The notes under the pieces: generated by a model
What the model was told of the DNA's origin: nothing
Seen by the model: the letters and a program-made list of their open reading frames with translations, nothing else
Database searches by the model: none
Translations under genes and position numbers: made by a program
Source: a virus
Lineage: Duplodnaviria; Caudoviricetes
Length of the DNA: 55,532 bases
Reading direction: 5' to 3' (one strand)
Virus record (IMG/VR): IMGVR_UViG_3300014153_000001
Span: 1-55,532 of that record
Shown here: piece after piece, positions 36,786 through 45,594 of the stretch
Numbering within the stretch: the first letter of the stretch is position 1
How the letters are laid out: each line of letters opens with the position of its first letter

Positions 36786-37934
36786 ATGCGGGCGGCCGCC
36801 GGCCGTCCGGCGACAATGTTCTGGCCGCTCGTCGATGACGGCGGCACCGTCCTCACGCCTGACACAGGCACACAGGTCACGGTCACCGTCTACAGCGGAG
36901 CCTTGAAGTCCGTCGTAGCGGGCGTGGCACTCGGCAGCCCCGCTCTCATCACTACGTCGCCGCCTCACGCTCTCTGCGTCGGTCAGCAGGTGTTGATCGC
37001 CGGAGTGACCGGCACGAGCGAAATCAACGGCACCTGGACCGTAACCTCGGTGCCGACCCCGACGACCTTCACCATCGCCGTCTCGGCCGCCAACCCGTTC
37101 ACCGGGGGCGGCACCGTCGCCCCCGTTCTCTATGTCGCCCAGCGCGCCGCATTGAACGAGAGTGACAAGGTCTGGGAGTGGACGCTCCCACCCCAGAGCC
37201 AGCTCGACTCGCTAGAGGCGACGTGGTCTGCGATCGTCGACGGCGTGACCTTCACCGAGACCTACGAGGTCGACATCGTCTACAGCCGCCTGGCGAACCC
37301 CTGGCTCATGCGCCTGCAAGACCCTGACATCGCTCGCATCGCCGCCGCCCCGATGGGCAAGCAGGCGCTGCTCATCCTGATCGACGAGATCGAGGAGGGA
37401 ATCCGCGACATCCTCGGCTACCCGCCGGTGCTCGAGGGTTACCGACTGTGCTGGGACACTCTCCGAGGCACCTTGAACGATGCACTGTACGTGTCGGGCA
37501 CGGTGAACGGGCTCCCCTACGGGTGGGGCGCTGGCAAGATGCTGGTGCCGGGCATCAAGTTCCCTCAGCAGATCTATTCGGGGTCCATCAACGGCGTGCC
37601 CATGGACCCGATCAACGACATCCCGATGCTGCTCATCCAGAATGGTGCTCTCATCTGGGCCGACTACCGCCCGTGGATCTCGGGTCGCTACACGCTGTGG
37701 GGCACCCACGGGGGCGGAACCGATGGAGGTCCCGATCCTGACGGCGATCTCAAGCGGGCGGCCCGGAGACTCTGTCACCACTTCGCCCAGCACGTCGATT
37801 TCCCAGATCGCGCCTATTCGATCGTGACCGAGGGTGCGTCGATCCTCTTCTCGATGCCGGCCCCCGACCGACCGACGGGACTCCCCGAAGTGGATGCCGT
37901 TCTGGCCAGAAAGAGATTGACCAGCGTTATCTAG
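36786..37934 (+). CDS. head-tail adaptor with inserted FCCH-like domain
   Basis: C-terminal DLKRAA...DRA.S..TEG...TGLPEVDAVL.R; position after capsid. Confidence 0.7.
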   Translation: MRAAAGRPATMFWPLVDDGGTVLTPDTGTQVTVTVYSGALKSVVAGVALGSPALITTSPPHALCVGQQVLIAGVTGTSEINGTWTVTSVPTPTTFTIAVSAANPFTGGGTVAPVLYVAQRAALNESDKVWEWTLPPQSQLDSLEATWSAIVDGVTFTETYEVDIVYSRLANPWLMRLQDPDIARIAAAPMGKQALLILIDEIEEGIRDILGYPPVLEGYRLCWDTLRGTLNDALYVSGTVNGLPYGWGAGKMLVPGIKFPQQIYSGSINGVPMDPINDIPMLLIQNGALIWADYRPWISGRYTLWGTHGGGTDGGPDPDGDLKRAARRLCHHFAQHVDFPDRAYSIVTEGASILFSMPAPDRPTGLPEVDAVLARKRLTSVI

Positions 37935-37942
37935 TCCCTCGC

Positions 37943-38003
37943 TCTAGCGCCCCTCCACGATCAGCCCATGACCCACGTCGTCGAGAAAGGGACCGCACGA
38001 TGA
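37943..38003 (+). promoter_or_regulatory. late motif copy 7 with 11-codon leader ORF
   Basis: TCTAGC-N7-CACGAT-N6-ATG(37968) MTHVVEKGTAR*, ATGA overlap with next gene. Confidence 0.7.
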
Positions 38004-38626
38004 CCCAGGACGATCTCAGCTCCGATTCCCCAGCCCCCAGAGGCGTTGATCTGATCGCCGGGACGATCGGGAAGCTCAATCGGGGTGACGAGGCGGCAAC
38101 GCCAACACCGGTGACCATCGCCCCGACCAACTTGATCACTGGCGTCTCCACCGCCAACCCCGGCGTGGTCACAACGACGTCGGCACACGGTCTCGTAACG
38201 GGGCAGCTCGTGGCCATTGCCGGTGTCGCCGGTGCCACGATGGCCAATGGCGTATGGGTCGTCACGGTCGTGTCGCCGACCACGTTCTCGATTCCCGTCA
38301 GCTGCAGCGGTTACAGCTCCGGCGGTCTGTTCGTCCCGGCTTCTCCGGGGGTCGAATGCTCGGGGCATGGCACCCTGCGTCTTGACCTCGTCGTCTCCGC
38401 CAAGTCCGGCACCAGCACGCCGACGCTCACCGGGAACGTCTACACATCCTTCGACAATGGCGTGACCGATCCGTGGAGAGAGGTGGGATCAGCGATGACG
38501 GGGGTGACTGCGACTGGCACAGTGCGCGAGGTGTTCCCTGGCCTCGACCGGTGGGTCTGCTTCGCCGCTCAGGTAAGCGGTACGACCCCGTCCTTCACGT
38601 TCAGCTGCTCTGGCGAGGTCGTCTGA
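38000..38626 (+). CDS. virion protein with inserted FCCH-like domain
   Basis: Paralogue of 38691-39089 plus an insert. Confidence 0.7.
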   Translation: MTQDDLSSDSPAPRGVDLIAGTIGKLNRGDEAATPTPVTIAPTNLITGVSTANPGVVTTTSAHGLVTGQLVAIAGVAGATMANGVWVVTVVSPTTFSIPVSCSGYSSGGLFVPASPGVECSGHGTLRLDLVVSAKSGTSTPTLTGNVYTSFDNGVTDPWREVGSAMTGVTATGTVREVFPGLDRWVCFAAQVSGTTPSFTFSCSGEVV

Positions 38627-38630
38627 TCGC

Positions 38631-38698
38631 TCTAGCCGCCGTCCACGGTGGCTGTCGTGATCACGACGGCGTCGACGAAGGGAACGGCCGATGGTTGA
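38631..38698 (+). promoter_or_regulatory. late motif copy 8 with 13-codon leader ORF
   Basis: TCTAGC-N7-CACGGT-N7-GTG(38657) MITTASTKGTADG*. Confidence 0.7.
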
Positions 38699-39089
38699 CG
38701 ACCTTAGCTCCGACTCAGTAGCTCCCAGAGGCGTCGATCTGGTAGCTGGCACGATCGGGAAATGGAATCGCGGCGATGGCGTCTCGCCGACGACCGTGAG
38801 TCTGAGCGCCACCGGCGCGTTCGGGGGCGCCATCGAACTGTCCGGTCACGGAACGCTGCGTCTCGATCTCGTGACGTCGGTGGCCGCATCGTCCGCCACC
38901 GTGAAGATCCAGACATCCTTCGACAATGGCGTGACCGACGCTTGGCGTGATGTCGCATCGTTCCAGGCTCAGACCGCGACCGGCACGGTGCGCCAGGTCT
39001 TCCCCGGTCTCGACCGGTGGGTCAGGGCGAATCTCTCGGCTCTGAGCAGCGGTCCGACCACCGTCAGTCTGTCGGGCGAGGCGATCTGA
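38691..39089 (+). CDS. virion protein (tandem paralogue)
   Basis: Shares DDLSSDS.APRGVDL.AGTIGK.NRGD, SGHGTLRLDLV, TSFDNGVTD.WR, VFPGLDRWV with the preceding gene. Confidence 0.7.
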   Translation: MVDDLSSDSVAPRGVDLVAGTIGKWNRGDGVSPTTVSLSATGAFGGAIELSGHGTLRLDLVTSVAASSATVKIQTSFDNGVTDAWRDVASFQAQTATGTVRQVFPGLDRWVRANLSALSSGPTTVSLSGEAI

Positions 39090-39090
39090 G

Positions 39091-39399
39091 ATGGGGCAGT
39101 TCGGCGTCTTCGACGTGAGCGAGCCGACCTTCGTCGCGTACGGCAATCTCGAGCTTGAGCTGCCGGCCGGTCGCTACGAACCGCAGAGCGCCGCCGAGTT
39201 GGAGGCATTGCGGCACCTCGTCAATGTCCCGCTTCCCCATGGGACCGATGCCCACGCCATCTGCATCGAAGATCCCGCCTCAGCGCCCGTAGGCGTTGAT
39301 ACGGCGCTCACCGGTGCATCACCCGAGCCCTCACTCCCCGAGCCGCCACCGGCGCCTGCGGCGTTCGGAGCGACGGATCTCGACCCTGAGGAGGACTGA
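39091..39399 (+). CDS. hypothetical protein
   Basis: Operon-filling; TGATG-coupled to tail tube. Confidence 0.6.
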   Translation: MGQFGVFDVSEPTFVAYGNLELELPAGRYEPQSAAELEALRHLVNVPLPHGTDAHAICIEDPASAPVGVDTALTGASPEPSLPEPPPAPAAFGATDLDPEED

Positions 39400-40595
39400 T
39401 GTCGCTCATCCAGAAGCGAATATCACGAGCAGGGCTTTCCAAGCAAACCGCGCAGGGGTCGGCGGCCGCGGCAGCGACCTACGGGTTCGGTGTCGACGGC
39501 GGCTCGATCGCCAAGCTGGATCTGACCGAAAACGAGATCCCGCTCACCTGGTCGAACCGCGATGTCCTCGGCTTCGATCGTTCGGGAGTGAAGCCTGGGC
39601 AGAGCTTCGGTACTGTGGCGACCCCGAACCTGATCGGGTTGCTCCTTCTCGGCATCCTCGGTGCCGATGCGGTCACGTCGGGAGCCACGGTCTCGATCAG
39701 CGGTGTCACAACCGCCAACCCCGGTGTCGTCACCACGTCAGGTGCCCACGGTCTCACGTCGGGCGAGACGATCGTGATCTCCGGGGTAGTCGGTGCTACT
39801 CAGGCCAACGGCACCTGGGTCGTGACCGTCCTTAGCTCGACCACCTTCTCGATCCCGGTCAACGTCACGGGGACCTACTCCAGCGGGGGCACGGTCACAC
39901 CGCCGCCCTACACCCACACGATCACGCCAGCGGCTGTGCTGCCGTACCTGACCGCGTGGGGTTTCCTGGGTCTGGCCGACTGGGTACAACTCGCCGACTC
40001 GAAGGTCACCTCCCTCGAGCTCTCCTGGGAGATGGCCGGGAAGGTCACGGTCAAGGCTGAGATCGCCTCGATCACCCCGTCGATGCTCGCCAGCGCGTAC
40101 ACCGAGACGAACCTCGAGGTGCTTTCTTCCGGCGGCTACTTCACCGCTGGTGGCGGCACCTTCGACGTCGAGGGCGCTTCTGCCGCCGTGGCCGGCGGTT
40201 CGATCAAGTTCGACACGCACATCGACCAGCCGATCGCTGCCGCTACCGTGCTGCCTGCCGACGTCGTCGAGGGCAAGCTCGAGGTGACCTGGTCGCTCAA
40301 GATCCTGCCCACCTCGACCGCCCTGTGGCGGGGCGTCATTTTTGGCAGCGAAGCCGCTGGTGCCCTGTCCGGGGTCTCCAGCTTCCCCCGCCTCGGCGCG
40401 GTGAGCTGCGAGTTCATCGGTCCCGGGACCGACAGGCTCACGATCGCTTCGCCGGAAGTCCGCTTTGCAGTCGAGTTCCCCGAGTCCTCGCCTGAAGGCG
40501 GTGCGGCCGAGCTCACCTTGGCGGGCACTTCGACATTGCCGTCCTCGGGCTCGTCCGTTTCTGCCGTGCTCTCGAACGACGTTCCGTCTTACTGA
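39399..40595 (+). CDS. major tail (tube) protein with inserted FCCH-like domain
   Basis: GLSKQTAQG, YTHTITP..LPYLT, DSKVTSLELSW; GAGGA SD; precedes chaperone and tape measure. Confidence 0.85.
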   Translation: MSLIQKRISRAGLSKQTAQGSAAAAATYGFGVDGGSIAKLDLTENEIPLTWSNRDVLGFDRSGVKPGQSFGTVATPNLIGLLLLGILGADAVTSGATVSISGVTTANPGVVTTSGAHGLTSGETIVISGVVGATQANGTWVVTVLSSTTFSIPVNVTGTYSSGGTVTPPPYTHTITPAAVLPYLTAWGFLGLADWVQLADSKVTSLELSWEMAGKVTVKAEIASITPSMLASAYTETNLEVLSSGGYFTAGGGTFDVEGASAAVAGGSIKFDTHIDQPIAAATVLPADVVEGKLEVTWSLKILPTSTALWRGVIFGSEAAGALSGVSSFPRLGAVSCEFIGPGTDRLTIASPEVRFAVEFPESSPEGGAAELTLAGTSTLPSSGSSVSAVLSNDVPSY

Positions 40596-41188
40596 TGCCC
40601 GAGCGGACCAAGGACCTCAAGTTCCTTCTGAACGACGGGACGGAAGTCGAGACCAGCTTCTTACCCCCGCATTCGATCGCCGAGCAAATCGCCTTCGAGG
40701 AGCACTTCAAGTGCAGCTACGTCGTCATCGACCAAGCCGTTCAGGCGATGCGCCAGACAGCGCTGCGCTCTGCCTTCACGGTGCGATGTTCCACGTGCAA
40801 CCCTCCTGTCGCCGGCGCCGCCACTTCAGAGCAGCGAGCGGAGATCATGCGCTCCGAGCATCTGACCGAGAAGCCGGGTCACGAACTGACAATCGAGCCA
40901 CCAGAGGAGCTCGACAGTCGCGTCGACCCGACCGACGCGTTCCGGGTCACTTGGATCTTGTGGTTCGGGTTTCATCGTGCGCGCGCCGAGGGCAAAGTGG
41001 CTGCCAAGTTCTCGACCTTCCTGCAGCAGTTGGCCGACTGGTCGTTCGAGACTCCCGAGGAGGAGTCCGAACCGCAATCCGAAGCTGCGCAACTCGCGCC
41101 CGAACAACCGCCCGTCGATCCGTCTGTCGAAGGCGAGGACGCTGGGAGCCTGGACCCTATGGTCCCGGATCCACTTCCGGTTTCGTAG
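40595..41188 (+). CDS. tail assembly chaperone
   Basis: Position; IAFEEHF; acidic C-terminus. Confidence 0.7.
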   Translation: MPERTKDLKFLLNDGTEVETSFLPPHSIAEQIAFEEHFKCSYVVIDQAVQAMRQTALRSAFTVRCSTCNPPVAGAATSEQRAEIMRSEHLTEKPGHELTIEPPEELDSRVDPTDAFRVTWILWFGFHRARAEGKVAAKFSTFLQQLADWSFETPEEESEPQSEAAQLAPEQPPVDPSVEGEDAGSLDPMVPDPLPVS

Positions 41189-41361
41189 CGAAGCTCTGGG
41201 TCGACTTCGGACTCGCACCGAGCGAGGTCTGCGCCGCTACTGAGCCGGTTCTGCGGGCGGCTCTCAATCGTCTCGAAGAGCACGCCAAGGCGCGCCAGAA
41301 GCAACAAGACGAGGCCACGTGGGACCGTCTGCACGCGCTTCTGCCCCGGGGTGGCGGTTGA
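41152..41361 (+). CDS. frameshift extension of the tail chaperone (-1 frame)
   Basis: Open -1 frame PYGPGSTSGFVAKLWVDFGLAPSEV... with no evident start of its own. Confidence 0.6.
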   Translation, partial: GPYGPGSTSGFVAKLWVDFGLAPSEVCAATEPVLRAALNRLEEHAKARQKQQDEATWDRLHALLPRGGG

Positions 41362-41860
41362 CATGCCCGTCGTCATCGCCGGGCTGAAGGAACTGCGCGC
41401 CGCTCTCAGGGACGCCGAACTCGCCGCCCCGAAGGAAGTCACGGCGGCGCTGAAGATCGGTGCCGCCGAGGTGACGGCACGCGCCCGAGAGCTCGCACCA
41501 AAGAAGAGCGGCAAGATGGCCGCCTCGTTGCGTCCCTTCGCCACACAGCGCTCTGCTGGCGTGCGTTCGAATCATCCTGGCGCTGGCGTCCAGGACTGGG
41601 CCACGACCTACTACCGCCACGCGAAAGGCAGCGCCGGTGTCGGCCATGCTGATCGCGCTCTGAAGCGTCACATCGCGCTCGGGCATGTCTCTGCCTCGGA
41701 CGCCGGCATGCAGAAGGTCACGCTGGTGAACGTCTCGTCAAAGGGACCGAGCGGTGACCGCTTCGCCTACAAGGCGATCGACGAACTGGGGCCGAAGCTG
41801 GTCGAGGAGACCTTCGACCGGATCGTCGAGATTCTGAAGTGTCACGGGTGGTTTGGATAA
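41351..41860 (+). CDS. HK97 gp10-like neck/tail protein
   Basis: IAGLKELRAAL...ARELAPKKSGKMAASLR. Confidence 0.75.
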   Translation: MAVDMPVVIAGLKELRAALRDAELAAPKEVTAALKIGAAEVTARARELAPKKSGKMAASLRPFATQRSAGVRSNHPGAGVQDWATTYYRHAKGSAGVGHADRALKRHIALGHVSASDAGMQKVTLVNVSSKGPSGDRFAYKAIDELGPKLVEETFDRIVEILKCHGWFG

Positions 41861-44800
41861 TGCCAGCGCGCACTCTGTCAGCCAGCTACGTCTTAGACAG
41901 TGCCACGCTTCGCCCCGGCATCGCCGACGCTGACGCCCAGCTCGCCGGGCTCGGCAAGACCGGCGACAAGCTCAGTGAGGACTTTGACAAGAACACCTCG
42001 AAGATGGGTGGGCTCTTCGAGAAACTCGGCAACACCCTTAGCAACTGGGGTCTGCCCTTTGGCACTTCCCTGACCAACATGGGCAAGAAGATGGACGAGA
42101 CGAAGGGCAAGGGCGGCAGTCTCATGAACACCTTGTCCTCGGTCGGCAAGGTCGCCACCGTCGCGATGGTCGCCGGCGTTGTCGCCTTCGGTGCGGCTTC
42201 GCTGAAGATGGGGATGGACAATCAGAAGGCGGTCACTCAGTATGCCGCCTCCGCCGACATCTCTGTCGCCAAGGCGAAGCAAGTTGGCAACGCCCTCCTC
42301 GATACAGGTGGCAAGACGATTTTCACCGGCACGGCGATGCTGCAAGCCCTGCAGCCCGTCGCGGGGCAATTCTCCACGTTGCAGAGTCACGCTCTCAGCG
42401 CGGCTCAGGCCGTCAAGGTCGAAATGGCGGCGGCCGACTTGGCCGAGGCATCCAACGAGGGACTGGGAGCCACCACCAAGGACCTCGCCAGCATCATGCA
42501 GTCCTTCCAAGTGCCGATCTCGAAGGTCTCGCAGACGGCCGACGAGCTCTACTCCACCAGCCGACTGACCGGCGTCGGGATCGACTCGCTCGCCTCGACC
42601 ATGCAGCGGCTGCACTCGCGCCTGGGTGTGCTGACCCCGAGCGTTGGAGGCCTCGACACGATGCTCGTCGATCTCGGGGAGCACGGCGTCACCGGCAGCC
42701 GCGGGCTCATGGTCGTGAACACGGCAATGACCACGATGTTGAAGCCGATGACCGCCGTGGAGACGGCCCAGATCGACCTGAAGCAGGCCACCGACGCGTT
42801 GCCGCCCAGCCTGCAGAAACTGGCCTCGCAGTACCAGACCGGGACGATGTCGGCCACTCAGGTCACTGCGGCGACGAAGGGGCTCGACACGACCCAGGCG
42901 GCGTTGTGGAAGACCTTCGCCTCCGCATCCGACAAGGTGACCTCGACCAGGACCGCCTACTCGAATCTCGGTCTGTCGGTTCTCGACACCCACGACAAGT
43001 TCGTCGGCATGGGCAGTGTCATCGCGCAGCTCGACACCAAGTTGCGCGGCGAGAGCCAGGCGATGCAGCTCGCCACCTTGTCGACGGACTTCGGGACGTC
43101 GGCGAACAAGGCGCTACTCGCCACCGTGCTCGGGGGTGCTAGCGCCTGGGACAAGGCACAGAAGGCGGTCGAGAAGTCGAACGCGGCGCATCTCGCCGCC
43201 GAGAAGCAGGATCAGTCCCTGTCACGCCAGATGGAGGTCGTGAAGTCCCAAGTCGTCGATCTCGGGACGAAATTCGGCAACGCGCTGATCCCCAAACTCG
43301 AGGACGTAGCACACGTCGGCGGCGATCTGATCTCCTTCTTCGAGCACAGCAAGGTCGCGGCGATTGCCTTGGGCGTGATCGTCGGTGGTCCGTTGGCCGC
43401 GTCCATGGCGATATTCGCCGTGAAATCGCTCGGCGGCGTGGTCGGCAAGATGAAGGAACTCGGGACCAACGTGACCCACCTGGGTTCGGTCTTCTCACAA
43501 AGCGCCGGCGGGATGGCAGAACAGGATGCGGGTGCCGACGAGCTCACGGCCACCATCTCCCGGCTCGATCAGACGCTCGGCAACGTCGCGGCCAAACTGC
43601 CTGATCTGACCGGCGGCTTCGGCGAGCTCACCGACGTCGAGCAGTCCCAGGTCGAAGTGTCCTCGAGCATCCAGGCGAGCAACGACGCCCTGGCTGCCAG
43701 CTACGCCGCCGTCGAGGAGGCTCAGACCTCGCTCAGTGCCGGATTCACCGAGCTCGAGGGGGTGGAGGAGGGCTTCGCTGCGACCTCCGAGGAGACCGGT
43801 GCGGCGAGCTCTGCGGCCTTCGGCCCGGTCGGCATCGCCATCATGGCGCTTGTCACCGTGGGCACGCTTGTCGCGACCCACTGGAAGACCATCTCGCACG
43901 ACATCGTGCGGGCCTGGGACGACGTTTTTTCCTTCGGCAAGAAGATCTTCGGTGATCTCGAGTCCTTCTTCAAGAAGTGGGGCAAGGACCTGCTGCTGGT
44001 GTTCGCTCCCACCATCGGGATCCCTCTGTTCCTCGCGACTCACTGGCGCCAGGTGCTGAAGGACGCGACCGAGATCTGGGGCGACGTCGAGTCCTTCTTC
44101 AAGTCCATCCCCTCCAAGCTGCTCTCCGTCTTTTCCGGTGCCGGCAGTTGGCTCGTCGACATCGGTAAGAGGATCATCGACGGTCTACTGCTCGGCTTCG
44201 AGTACCTCACGCCGGCGGGGCTGATTCTCAAGTTCCACACCCAGATCCTCTCGGCGCTCTCCGACGCGGGTTCCTGGCTTCTCGACGCCGGCAAGTCCGT
44301 CGTGCACGGGCTTCTCACCGGGCTCGAAGATGTCGGTGAGCTCGTGGCGTTCGTGACCGTCACCATCCCGCAGAAGATCCTCGGTGCCTTCGCCTCTGCC
44401 GGGTCATGGCTGCTGCACGCCGGAGAGGACGTGTTGAGCGGGCTGTGGCACGGGATCGTGGCCGGGTGGGGAGCCCTCGGTGATCTTGGACGGACCGTTG
44501 AGGGGTGGCTTGTCTCGGCGCTGAAGGGTGCCGGCACCTGGCTGCTACAGGTTGGCGAGGACATCGTGAAGGGCTTGGTCAAGGGGATCGAATCGGCGGC
44601 GAAGCTGCCCGAGGACGCCATCAAGAAAGTCGGTGAAGGGGTCATCGGGGTTGCCAAGTCCATCTGGCACGTTCTCTCTCCGAGCGCGGTCTTCGCGGAC
44701 ATCGGCACGAGTCTTGTGCAGGGGCTAGCAAAGGGGATCGAAGACTCGAAGAAGCTCGCGACCGACGCCATGGCCGACGTCGACGTACTGACCAAGCTGA

Positions 44801-45594
44801 ATGCCGACGCCCTGGTCTTCACCGCGAACATGTCGAAGATGAACCCGACGATTCAGACCGCGAGCTCGAGTCTGACCATCTTCGATACCAGGCTCGTCTC
44901 CATGCAGAACGCGCTCACCACCGACGTCGGCGTCGTGACGAGATTGAACACCGACGTTCTTTCCCTCAGCTCCTCGATGTTGAGGGTCGGCACTTCCGTG
45001 CACGACGCAGTCTCCAGCTTCAGCTCGTTCGGGACCGAGCTCAATTCCGTGGAGGGCTCGCTCACTGCCGTCATCCGTGATCTCGACACCAGTCTCACGT
45101 CCGAGATGCACAACGTGGGTGTCGACATGGCTCAGGGGTTGATCAGCGGGCTCGCCGGATCTCAGGGGGCGATCGACGCCGCCGTGAACAGCGTCGGCAC
45201 CGGAATGGTGAACACCATGAAGAGCTCGGTCGGGGCCCAGTCGCCGTCGACGCTGTTCGCTCTCGTCGGTCGCGACATCATGGCCGGGGTCGTTGTCGGT
45301 GTGCAGACAGGCACCTCTGCCGCCGTGAGCTCGCTCGAGTCCGCCGCGCTGGCGTTGCGGGGTGTGCACTTCGGTTCGCCTGCGGCCGCGTTGCCGGCGA
45401 TCGCTGGCGCGCCCGCGACTGGTGTGCCAGGAGGTATCGCTGTCGGCGCCGCCGGCGGCTCTACGCAGATCACCGTGCAAGTCACCGTCCAGGGCCAGGT
45501 GCTCACCGAGCGAAACCTCGTCGATGCCATCTGGCACGGGCTGGTCGAGAAGGGCGTCGTGAACGGATCTCCCGGGCAGGTGGTCGGCGTCTGA
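41860..45594 (+). CDS. tape measure protein
   Basis: Long Ala/Gly-rich helical ORF; aromatic 11-aa repeats AGSWL...G; SPS..FA motifs. Confidence 0.92.
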   Translation: MPARTLSASYVLDSATLRPGIADADAQLAGLGKTGDKLSEDFDKNTSKMGGLFEKLGNTLSNWGLPFGTSLTNMGKKMDETKGKGGSLMNTLSSVGKVATVAMVAGVVAFGAASLKMGMDNQKAVTQYAASADISVAKAKQVGNALLDTGGKTIFTGTAMLQALQPVAGQFSTLQSHALSAAQAVKVEMAAADLAEASNEGLGATTKDLASIMQSFQVPISKVSQTADELYSTSRLTGVGIDSLASTMQRLHSRLGVLTPSVGGLDTMLVDLGEHGVTGSRGLMVVNTAMTTMLKPMTAVETAQIDLKQATDALPPSLQKLASQYQTGTMSATQVTAATKGLDTTQAALWKTFASASDKVTSTRTAYSNLGLSVLDTHDKFVGMGSVIAQLDTKLRGESQAMQLATLSTDFGTSANKALLATVLGGASAWDKAQKAVEKSNAAHLAAEKQDQSLSRQMEVVKSQVVDLGTKFGNALIPKLEDVAHVGGDLISFFEHSKVAAIALGVIVGGPLAASMAIFAVKSLGGVVGKMKELGTNVTHLGSVFSQSAGGMAEQDAGADELTATISRLDQTLGNVAAKLPDLTGGFGELTDVEQSQVEVSSSIQASNDALAASYAAVEEAQTSLSAGFTELEGVEEGFAATSEETGAASSAAFGPVGIAIMALVTVGTLVATHWKTISHDIVRAWDDVFSFGKKIFGDLESFFKKWGKDLLLVFAPTIGIPLFLATHWRQVLKDATEIWGDVESFFKSIPSKLLSVFSGAGSWLVDIGKRIIDGLLLGFEYLTPAGLILKFHTQILSALSDAGSWLLDAGKSVVHGLLTGLEDVGELVAFVTVTIPQKILGAFASAGSWLLHAGEDVLSGLWHGIVAGWGALGDLGRTVEGWLVSALKGAGTWLLQVGEDIVKGLVKGIESAAKLPEDAIKKVGEGVIGVAKSIWHVLSPSAVFADIGTSLVQGLAKGIEDSKKLATDAMADVDVLTKLNADALVFTANMSKMNPTIQTASSSLTIFDTRLVSMQNALTTDVGVVTRLNTDVLSLSSSMLRVGTSVHDAVSSFSSFGTELNSVEGSLTAVIRDLDTSLTSEMHNVGVDMAQGLISGLAGSQGAIDAAVNSVGTGMVNTMKSSVGAQSPSTLFALVGRDIMAGVVVGVQTGTSAAVSSLESAALALRGVHFGSPAAALPAIAGAPATGVPGGIAVGAAGGSTQITVQVTVQGQVLTERNLVDAIWHGLVEKGVVNGSPGQVVGV

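Noticed and set aside
36779-36788. CTAGC before the adaptor gene
   Set aside because: Just a stop codon 3 nt before ATG; geometry absent
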